In this document: positions 1-7,603 of the stretch, in pieces
Layout of the letters: every line of letters begins with the position of its first letter
How positions within the stretch are numbered: the stretch's first letter is position 1
Virus record (IMG/VR): IMGVR_UViG_3300032236_001351
Span: 1-55,528 of that record
DNA from: a virus
Taxonomy: Duplodnaviria; Caudoviricetes
Length of the DNA: 55,528 nucleotides
Strand: one strand, 5' to 3'
Made by a program: the position numbers and the translations under genes
Notes under the pieces: model-generated
Told to the model about the DNA's origin: nothing
The model's input: the letters and a program-made list of their open reading frames with translations, nothing else
Database searches by the model: none

Positions 1-297
1 AAAATCAAAAAATTTAGTACTGGTCAATCGATCACCTTCAAACATTACATTTGATGACGTTTCGCCAACAAATTTGATTGCTTCTGGCATAACTGCCATT
101 GACAATCTATCAGTACCCGCAAAAACTTCTCCTTCTTCGTATTTCCCTATAATATGAAGATCCAATTCTTTAGAATATTTTGTGTTTACCAACTTTACAG
201 GTTCTTGATCTTCCCAATTATAAAAATCCATAAAATTACGAACAATAGTAGTTTTACCTACTCCCGGTTCCCCGATCACACAAATAACTTTTCTCAT
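1..297 (-). CDS. P-loop nucleotide/DNA kinase (5-hmU DNA kinase-like), N-terminal part; runs off the left edge
   Basis: Not in the ORF track. Manual translation from ATG at 297 gives MRKVICVIGEPGVGKTT...GEVFAGTDRLSMAVMP...VMFEGDRL: Walker A plus GTDxLS and FEGDR motifs. ATGA overlap with the upstream aGPT-Pplase gene. Confidence 0.75.
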   Translation of the reverse strand, partial: MRKVICVIGEPGVGKTTIVRNFMDFYNWEDQEPVKLVNTKYSKELDLHIIGKYEEGEVFAGTDRLSMAVMPEAIKFVGETSSNVMFEGDRLTSTKFFDF

Positions 298-1313
298 AAA
301 AATGCCTCAAATCCAACTTTCAATTCTTCTTCATCAGCAAATAGCCATTCCATTCTTGATATCTTTTTTGAGTTAATAAATTCTGGGTATTTACCAACGT
401 TTATCATCGTCTTACCACTCAAACGACTATCTAAACATTCATTTCTTGCTTGCCAAAGAACATTCCAATCAATACCATTCCAAGAATCTTTTTCTACTTG
501 AATAATTTCTTCAGATTGTCTGTCTAGATAATATCCAAGGTATCTTCCGTGTTTTTCTCTGAATATTTTCTTAAAAGAACACAAAACAGTTTCCATAGTG
601 AATTCATTTATATCATTAATTAGATCTGGAAATCTATCCTTCATCTCATTCAATATTTCTTGCGCAGAAGATTCTAAATTTTGATATTCAGAAGAGGTTA
701 GCTTTTCATTGTATTTTTCATCCATTCCTAGAGCAAGAAGTAATCCATTTCTATGACTTTTTGATCCAGAATAATCTTTTAACATCAATGATGTTGGACT
801 TATTGGAAGATTTACAGTAGAATATAATTGTTGTAAATAAAACCACACAGAATATCTACCAAATCTATGAAAATTATTCAAAGTAAAATTCCATATATTA
901 TCGAAACTAGATTTTTCATTATCTAATAATAAACCAAAAAAGAAATCTTTTTGTAGTCTATTTCCGATAATGTTTTTATAACATACAAACTTTTCTGGTA
1001 ATTTACCTTTTTCATACTTCATATCAACTTGATATCGAAGTCTTTTATAGTTATTATCATTCCACCAATTAAGTCTATCAAATGTAACCAACTCATAATC
1101 TGGAAATTCATTCATTAGAATCCAGGAAGTCGGTAATTGATAGGTATTACCATATAACCAAGCAAACCAATATTTTTGTTCTATATTGTGCTCATATCTT
1201 CTATTAATATAATTGGCTAACCAAACGGCAGGATCACAATCTTTAAAAGTCAATGACCAAGCATACCAACGAATGAATAATTCTCTTCTATTGTTCTTGT
1301 TGCTGTAATCCAT
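294..1313 (-). CDS. alpha-glutamyl/putrescinyl thymine pyrophosphorylase clade 2-like (amino acid:DNA transferase)
   Basis: DCDP, WFAWLYG, FGRYSVWFYLQ, S-H-RNGL, ETVLCSFKK and RYLGYYLDR motifs of the HhH-glycosylase-fold aGPT-Pplase2 family; adjacent to a P-loop kinase. Confidence 0.75.
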   Translation of the reverse strand: MDYSNKNNRRELFIRWYAWSLTFKDCDPAVWLANYINRRYEHNIEQKYWFAWLYGNTYQLPTSWILMNEFPDYELVTFDRLNWWNDNNYKRLRYQVDMKYEKGKLPEKFVCYKNIIGNRLQKDFFFGLLLDNEKSSFDNIWNFTLNNFHRFGRYSVWFYLQQLYSTVNLPISPTSLMLKDYSGSKSHRNGLLLALGMDEKYNEKLTSSEYQNLESSAQEILNEMKDRFPDLINDINEFTMETVLCSFKKIFREKHGRYLGYYLDRQSEEIIQVEKDSWNGIDWNVLWQARNECLDSRLSGKTMINVGKYPEFINSKKISRMEWLFADEEELKVGFEAFL

Positions 1314-1734
1314 CGATAAAGACCTTTAAAGATTCTTCCAACATGATAATAACCCTCTTATGCAGTTCATTACCTTTAGCAAAATTAGGATCGGGAATTT
1401 TAGGAATTCCAATTAAACTACTCAATCGAACAGATTTAGTCAAAACAATACTACCAAATTTTTCTTCCAATTTATCTCTATTAGAATCGTCCATGTAAAA
1501 AATTACATCTGCCCAATCTATCAATTCCTGTGATACTGGAGTAGATCTGATTCCTTCATTCGGATAACCCATTTCACTGAGAGCATCTCTCATTTTTTTT
1601 GCGGTTATTTCATTGCCTTTAGTGTCTTTTAAAGCAGCTGATTTAATCATCCAAGTAGGTTTGATTGTTTTAAGAATTATTTCCCCAGCAGCACTTCTGT
1701 TTATATTACCATGACAAACAAATAAAATATTCAT
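1288..1734 (-). CDS. low-molecular-weight phosphotyrosine phosphatase / ArsC-fold phosphatase
   Basis: N-terminal P-loop LFVCHGNINRS (Cx5R), WADVIFYMD, and general-acid IPDP. Confidence 0.85.
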   Translation of the reverse strand: MNILFVCHGNINRSAAGEIILKTIKPTWMIKSAALKDTKGNEITAKKMRDALSEMGYPNEGIRSTPVSQELIDWADVIFYMDDSNRDKLEEKFGSIVLTKSVRLSSLIGIPKIPDPNFAKGNELHKRVIIMLEESLKVFIDGLQQQEQ

Positions 1735-2702
1735 AATCCTTTAGCTTTACATTCAAGCATATATGGATATACCATTTTTGCAGTAACTTCTTCAACATTG
1801 TCTATATCAATTAATTCTCTTAATCCAGATAACCTTTTTTCTATTGTTCCTTTATTGTTAGTATCGAAATTAGTCCATTGATAAATCTGTTCACATTCAA
1901 AATCATACGGAGCAAATTTAGGAAAAGTATATTGGTATGAATCATTCATATAAAATTCATTCGGTGAAATTTCATCATCCATAAGAGCATAATATAAAAA
2001 ATTCTTACACCACGTAATACATGATTCCATTTCCTTCATATCCAGAGTTCCAGGAAAATGCCTAAATTCTATTGTATTTGTTTCTTCCCACATTTGCCTA
2101 AGATTTATCCCAGCCCTTGGACTAAAATACCACATTCTACCTTTATCAGTCAATGGAGCATGTTCTTCATAAAATTCTTGAGTGGTTTTCGCTTCCAACA
2201 TACAAAGAACTCTATTTAATGGGAGCTTAAATTGATGAGATTTCTTCCTTCTTTTCATTCTCTTCATTTCCCATTCATATACTTCTGGAATAAGAATATT
2301 TTTATTTGGCACAGGAATAGTTTCTGTTATATCAAAAGCCTGTTGTTGGTAAGTATGTATATAATTCAATAATTTCTTACAATATGACAGATTATCACTT
2401 AATCCAGGAACTCTGATATGTATATGTAGATTACTTCTATAATTAATGAGAGGTGAAGGTGTTAGGATTTTATTAATCTCAGATATATGATCTATTTGTT
2501 CTTCAATACTAAATGTTGGTTTAGTATTGATTTCTCCACCATATTTGTATAATTTACCATCAGGATCGTTTGCAATTCCTGTTGAACTTACACAAGTATT
2601 GTCTTTATTATTCCAAGATGCTCCTTCTGGTAATTTACAAAAACGATATGAGTTACCGTATTCCAATTCAACTCCATAAGACCATCCATCACATGAAATC
2701 AT
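1731..2702 (-). CDS. putative amidoligase (COOH-NH2 ligase, Amidoligase_2-like)
   Basis: YGVELEY, GGEINT, LHIHI and TIEFRHFPGT motifs; near a class II GATase gene. Confidence 0.75.
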   Translation of the reverse strand: MISCDGWSYGVELEYGNSYRFCKLPEGASWNNKDNTCVSSTGIANDPDGKLYKYGGEINTKPTFSIEEQIDHISEINKILTPSPLINYRSNLHIHIRVPGLSDNLSYCKKLLNYIHTYQQQAFDITETIPVPNKNILIPEVYEWEMKRMKRRKKSHQFKLPLNRVLCMLEAKTTQEFYEEHAPLTDKGRMWYFSPRAGINLRQMWEETNTIEFRHFPGTLDMKEMESCITWCKNFLYYALMDDEISPNEFYMNDSYQYTFPKFAPYDFECEQIYQWTNFDTNNKGTIEKRLSGLRELIDIDNVEEVTAKMVYPYMLECKAKGL

Positions 2703-3471
2703 CTAATCCCCCACTAACCACATTTTCATCATACGCTTTTTTGAAAGCTATTCTCATCTTCAAATCAACTATCAAATTTTGGTTTTTAGCACCAGTTTCT
2801 TCTTTCAGTGTAATATATTTTGGGTGCAGTTTCTGAAGATTATACATAGCTTGTTTATTTTTAACCCCATCTCTATTCAATGAACATCCACCATCTGCAT
2901 TAGCTTGTCTTTCTTTTGCAATATATTTACCAGATATTCTTAACCGTTTTCCCGATTCTAAAATAGACAAAGGAACATGAAAATCTTCAAAATAATCAAG
3001 AGTATCAAATCTAATATTATTACTAATTAAATAGTCTCTATTTAAAAAATGAGTAGCATATGGTTTTCCATAATAATATTCTTCTAAATTTTTATGGCTC
3101 ATGAACGTACTGGATTGAGTACAATAAACATCTCCTTCTTTCAACCAAGATTCCATCAAATCAAGATATTCTCTTATATCTTTTAATTTAATTGTTTTAG
3201 TTAAGTTTTCTGAATCCCTTTCATAAAAAGTCAAATCATCATCCATCATACCAACCAGATTAGATTTACTATTTTCAACTATAAACTGTCTCGTTTTAGA
3301 AATGCTTCCCATACAATATTCAGGAACATCTATCCTATTTTCCCATTCATGTTCTTCATTTTTTGGGCAAACTAAAAACACTCTAGACTTCCATTCTTCA
3401 GGTATAGATTTTAATGTTATTTGGTTGTTTTCTCTACCCAACGTAGGAATATACACTAATAGATCATTCAT
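2689..3471 (-). CDS. GT-A glycosyltransferase, TET/JBP-associated (TAGT-like) DNA glycosyltransferase
   Basis: IPTLGR start, MMDDDL (DxD), FEDF, and ADGGCS...R motif; in the same operon as a TET/JBP dioxygenase. Confidence 0.7.
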   Translation of the reverse strand: MNDLLVYIPTLGRENNQITLKSIPEEWKSRVFLVCPKNEEHEWENRIDVPEYCMGSISKTRQFIVENSKSNLVGMMDDDLTFYERDSENLTKTIKLKDIREYLDLMESWLKEGDVYCTQSSTFMSHKNLEEYYYGKPYATHFLNRDYLISNNIRFDTLDYFEDFHVPLSILESGKRLRISGKYIAKERQANADGGCSLNRDGVKNKQAMYNLQKLHPKYITLKEETGAKNQNLIVDLKMRIAFKKAYDENVVSGGLDDFM

Positions 3472-4147
3472 TTTGTAAATCCAATTCTTTAGTATTTGCT
3501 TCTTGGTCAGTTAAACAAAAATCATAATATGTTTTATATGTAAAGGGTTCGATTTCATTAATATCAATCAACCCAGAACGTTTAAGTATATCAGATGAAG
3601 AAGAAACTAGTAATCCATTTTCGATAAATGAATAATACAAAGGTCTTTTTCCATTTCTATAAAATCTTAAAGTTTTATTTGTTTTTAATTCACATACTGA
3701 CAATGAAGAATCTTCCCAAACCTCGAAAATATCTTTTTCGTCACTTATTGTATGTAATAATAATTCAGTATCATTCTTACTGTTACATTCATATCCATAT
3801 AAAGACTTCCAATTATCATATAATTCTTGTGTAATAACACCATTATGAACTACTGATAATTTGCCATCAGATATTGGCTGATTGTATAATAAATCTGAAG
3901 TTGAATATCTACAATGACCAATCAAATATAAATTACCATCTTCATTGATGCAATTATGTAATTCATCTAAAAATTTGAATTTATCAGCTGGTACTGACTC
4001 TTTTATAGTATGAATGGTATTTCCTTTAATATATGAAAGTCCTGTTGAATGCATTCCTCTTATTTTAGATTCAATAAAAATAATCTTTATCCTATCTAAA
4101 TCATCAAAAGATGGACTTCTAAGAAAAGCTCCTATTACAGCACACAT
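3464..4147 (-). CDS. class II (Ntn) glutamine amidotransferase
   Basis: N-terminal nucleophile MC, RG-H-TG, GHCRYST, NQP, HNG, NDTE, RPL. Confidence 0.9.
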   Translation of the reverse strand: MCAVIGAFLRSPSFDDLDRIKIIFIESKIRGMHSTGLSYIKGNTIHTIKESVPADKFKFLDELHNCINEDGNLYLIGHCRYSTSDLLYNQPISDGKLSVVHNGVITQELYDNWKSLYGYECNSKNDTELLLHTISDEKDIFEVWEDSSLSVCELKTNKTLRFYRNGKRPLYYSFIENGLLVSSSSDILKRSGLIDINEIEPFTYKTYYDFCLTDQEANTKELDLQNE

Positions 4148-5496
4148 TAAAAGAATTCATCCATAGAAAAAGTTTTTTGTACACTTTCTGGGTGGTACTT
4201 TAATAGCATATCATAACCAAGATTCTTTTCTACATATTCGTACCATTCTTCAGATTTATACCATCCTGGAGATACTCCATTCCACATAGGCTTCCATAAT
4301 GGATGATCTTTATTCAGTCGTCTTTCTTCAATAAAATTATGCCGACAATCTTCATACACCTTTTCTCCAAGATTTAACATATTTTCTCTAAAATAACACA
4401 CAACAGAATATCTTTCAGCACCTTCATCAAGAATAATTGGTGTATTACCATGAATACCACCATGATTATTAATCAACAACAAATCAGAAGGTCTGATATT
4501 AATAGCTACTCTATATTCTGGCAATACCAAAAGTCCACCAGAATAATTCTTTCCATCATTTAATACTGTTAAATTGGAAAAACCTTTATGAAGATCGCCA
4601 CTATCACGATGAGCAGCAGTTTGAAAGCTTCTATTTACTGTAATTGTAGTAAAAACGGTATCAGGAACATGAAATTCTGGATCGATCTTTTCAATACAAG
4701 ATTTCTGAAAAGCCCATCTTTTGGGGAGTAACTCAGAAAAAGCTTTAGAAAGTTTTTGTAAAAGAGGAAAAGCTAATTTAAATTTATCAAAATTTTGTTC
4801 AGTATATGCTGTAGCTCTTCCGTAAGGAATTCTATCATACCTCCCATACCAACCGGCAACACCAGACACAGAAGAAGCTGCATAGTCAGTTTTTGACATG
4901 TATTCCTTTTCAACTCTTTCTGCTTCTTTTTTCTGTTCTTCTGGTGGAAGTTTCTTGGTTTCATTTACCCATCGATCAAATTCAAATTCATCTTTTTTCA
5001 TTTTAGAAGAAATCCAAGCATACCCTCTGAAATCAGATAGCATATCAATATTTTCATATTTCTTGTAAATCTGGTCTACAGGATCTTCTCCAAACAGATT
5101 TGAATTAGGAGATGAAAATTGTTTCAGAATTTCTCGTTGGAGTGGAGTTATCCATTCTCTATCAGGATCTGTTTCGCCTTTAGGTCCTGCGGCCAATCCA
5201 CGATTAAAAGAAATTTTAGCTGCTCCCTTCAACCCTTCAAGAGCATTCTTTTGTTCATCATCAGAAAAGAAATTTTTGCGGAGAATAAAAATAACAGATT
5301 CTTCATCAATACCTTTAGGACAATTCGAACAATCTTTAGATACACAAGAGCCGATTTCTTCTATACCACATGTAGGTACTCCGAAAAAATTACAATCTTC
5401 ATCAATGACATAATCATAATGACTTTCATTCAAAAATTGACCTAGAAGATGTTCACAATCTAATTTTTCATTTGCTACAATAGTTTTAACCATCAT
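4147..5496 (-). CDS. TET/JBP-family 2-oxoglutarate/Fe(II) dioxygenase (5-methylpyrimidine oxidase)
   Basis: FTTITVN...TAAHRDSGD (HxD), GGLLVLPEY, HGNTP (distal His), RYSVVCYFRE (2OG-binding Arg). Confidence 0.85.
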   Translation of the reverse strand: MMVKTIVANEKLDCEHLLGQFLNESHYDYVIDEDCNFFGVPTCGIEEIGSCVSKDCSNCPKGIDEESVIFILRKNFFSDDEQKNALEGLKGAAKISFNRGLAAGPKGETDPDREWITPLQREILKQFSSPNSNLFGEDPVDQIYKKYENIDMLSDFRGYAWISSKMKKDEFEFDRWVNETKKLPPEEQKKEAERVEKEYMSKTDYAASSVSGVAGWYGRYDRIPYGRATAYTEQNFDKFKLAFPLLQKLSKAFSELLPKRWAFQKSCIEKIDPEFHVPDTVFTTITVNRSFQTAAHRDSGDLHKGFSNLTVLNDGKNYSGGLLVLPEYRVAINIRPSDLLLINNHGGIHGNTPIILDEGAERYSVVCYFRENMLNLGEKVYEDCRHNFIEERRLNKDHPLWKPMWNGVSPGWYKSEEWYEYVEKNLGYDMLLKYHPESVQKTFSMDEFF

Positions 5497-5504
5497 CGTC
5501 CCAT

Positions 5505-5512
5505 TATAAATA
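5505..5512 (+). promoter_or_regulatory. T4-type late promoter TATAAATA (for gp3)
   Basis: Exact gp55 consensus 22 nt before the ATG at 5535. Confidence 0.75.
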
Positions 5513-5534
5513 TTTGTATTTAGCAGATTATAAT

Positions 5535-6065
5535 ATGTCAGCTCTCACAAGAAATCCAGCGGTTACAAGTCCTCTTCAACCGACAAAATTTCAACTTCTT
5601 TTTCCTAGAATTAATACTGTATCATATTTTTGCCAAAAAGTCAATATTCCGGGTGTTTCAACTACTGCCCCATATCAACCTACTCCTTTTGCTAACATCC
5701 CAAGGCCAGGAGATAAATTAAAGTTTAATGAATTTAGTGTCGATTTTATCGTTGATGAAGAAATGTGGAACTGGCAAATCATTTATGATTGGCTTAGAGG
5801 TTTAACATTTCCATGTAGCTTTGAAGAATATAAAAATTTAAATAGACAATCGATTTATACTTTGCATTCTGAGCGTCCACAAGAGTCAGAAGGATATCTT
5901 AATATTCTTTCTGGCATAAATGTTCCGAAACTAAGGTTAAGTTTTGAAAATATGTTCCCAATTTCTTTATCTGATGTTTGGATGGACACAACTTCTAGTG
6001 CAGAAACCGTATTAGTGGCAACATGTACGTTTAAATATCATATATATAATATCGAACGATTGTAA
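5535..6065 (+). CDS. gp3: tail completion / sheath stabiliser protein (T4 gp3-like)
   Basis: FCQKVNIPGVS, PGDKL, FIVDEEMWNW-IYDWL and FENMFPISLS; usual position before uvsY. Start moved from the TTG at 5514 to the ATG at 5535. Confidence 0.8.
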   Translation: MSALTRNPAVTSPLQPTKFQLLFPRINTVSYFCQKVNIPGVSTTAPYQPTPFANIPRPGDKLKFNEFSVDFIVDEEMWNWQIIYDWLRGLTFPCSFEEYKNLNRQSIYTLHSERPQESEGYLNILSGINVPKLRLSFENMFPISLSDVWMDTTSSAETVLVATCTFKYHIYNIERL

Positions 6066-6080
6066 TGGAGACTTTATATT

Positions 6081-6518
6081 ATGTATAAACTTGACGAAAT
6101 TTTAACAGAATGGAACGAAGATTCAAATATCAATGACACTCAAATCAGCACTGAAATACTAAAAATCCCAAAAATCCACGCAAAATATTTGAAAATTCTT
6201 AATGATCATAAAATGGCTGCAATAAAAGCCAAGTTTGAATATGACAAAATGAAAACTATTAAAACAGAATATTATCTTGGACATTTAGACCAAGAAACTC
6301 TGGAACAATATGGATGGGAACAATTTGATATTAAAGTTAGTAAAGGTGGTGCTGAAAGATATTTGAATTCTGATGAACAATTGATCAAATTACTTCAAAA
6401 ACGATCTTATCATGAACAAGCGATTTCTGTCTGTGAATCTATCATGAAAGAATTAAATAACAGAACATGGCAACTAAAATGTCATACAGACTATATGAAA
6501 TTCCTCAATGGTAGTTAA
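6081..6518 (+). CDS. uvsY: recombination mediator UvsY
   Basis: KIPKIHAKYL, EYYLG and LNNRTWQLK motifs; synteny gp3-uvsY-uvsW. Confidence 0.85.
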   Translation: MYKLDEILTEWNEDSNINDTQISTEILKIPKIHAKYLKILNDHKMAAIKAKFEYDKMKTIKTEYYLGHLDQETLEQYGWEQFDIKVSKGGAERYLNSDEQLIKLLQKRSYHEQAISVCESIMKELNNRTWQLKCHTDYMKFLNGS

Positions 6519-6530
6519 ATGGTTGATATT

Positions 6531-6571
6531 TATAAATATATGTAGATCACGGAACCGACATTCCCATCTAC
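6531..6571 (+). promoter_or_regulatory. late promoter TATAAATA followed by a stem-loop, upstream of a homing endonuclease
   Basis: TATAAATA at 6531-6538; GTAGAT(6542-47)/ATCTAC(6566-71) and GGAA(6551-54)/TTCC(6561-64) pairings. Confidence 0.65.
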
Positions 6572-6604
6572 TCTAAACATTTTTAACATAATCAGGAAAT
6601 TAAA

Positions 6605-7603
6605 ATGTCCAGCAAAAATATTTATACCATATATAGATTTACTAATAATAAAAACAATAAAGTTTATATAGGTAAAACTTCAAATTTCAGAGAAAGAATT
6701 AATAGTCATAAATTTAATTATAAAAATGGAGATACCGTATTTTATAAAGCATTAAGAAAACATGGTTGGGGGTCTTTTTGTATAGATATAATATATCAAA
6801 CGAAAAACCACGAACATTGTTTAGAAATGGAAACATATTTTATATATGAATATAATAGTTATATATCATTTGAAAATTCCAACGGGTATAATATGACTTT
6901 GGGTGGAGAGGGTTCATTGGGAGCAAATACAAAAACATACAACTTTTATGATATCTATGGCAATTATTATACAATCACCAATTTATATCAATTTTGCACA
7001 GAAAAGAATATAAGCAGTAAAGTTATGTATGATTTAGCTAACGGAAAACGACTAAAATATGATATATATATTTCCGCTTTAAAAGAAAAAAGGAAATTTA
7101 AAACATTTAAATTATACGATACGATAAAACAAGAGATAATAGAAATAACTGATCTTTCAGAATTTTGCGAAAAAAATGGTTATAATAAAGTAAATATGAT
7201 GAGATTAGTCACCAATGGGGTTAATCATTACGATATTTTTAAAAATATCAATAAAATTGATTATATTCCTATGGAGGAAAGAAAGTATTCATTTATTTTT
7301 AAAGGCCAAATAATAACTATAATAAATTTAAAGGATTATTGTGAACAAAATAATTTATCATATACTAAAATGAACGATTTATACAGAGGAAAGTGTAAAT
7401 CTCATGGAGATTATATTAATAATTATCCAGATTATATCCCCCCAAACAAAAGAATATTAAAATTGATTTCTCCATCCGGAGAAATATTAGAGATTAATAA
7501 TATTAAAAAATTTTGTATAGAAAATGGATTATCAGATTTATGTATCCAAGCCCTAAAGTCTAAAAAACAAAAACAACATAAAGGATACAGGTTATATGAG
7601 TGA
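6605..7603 (+). CDS. free-standing GIY-YIG homing endonuclease (Seg-like) with four C-terminal DNA-binding repeats
   Basis: TIY...VYIGKT, catalytic R and E, NGYNMTLGGEG; four repeats of I-x-NLxxFCxxNxL; inserted between uvsY and uvsW. Confidence 0.85.
   Translation: MSSKNIYTIYRFTNNKNNKVYIGKTSNFRERINSHKFNYKNGDTVFYKALRKHGWGSFCIDIIYQTKNHEHCLEMETYFIYEYNSYISFENSNGYNMTLGGEGSLGANTKTYNFYDIYGNYYTITNLYQFCTEKNISSKVMYDLANGKRLKYDIYISALKEKRKFKTFKLYDTIKQEIIEITDLSEFCEKNGYNKVNMMRLVTNGVNHYDIFKNINKIDYIPMEERKYSFIFKGQIITIINLKDYCEQNNLSYTKMNDLYRGKCKSHGDYINNYPDYIPPNKRILKLISPSGEILEINNIKKFCIENGLSDLCIQALKSKKQKQHKGYRLYE

Noticed and set aside
154-5445. Plus-strand ORFs 154-501, 2570-2836, 3628-3834, 5119-5445 and the nested minus ORF 4773-4964
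   Set aside because: Shadows of well-supported minus-strand genes; no recognisable motifs
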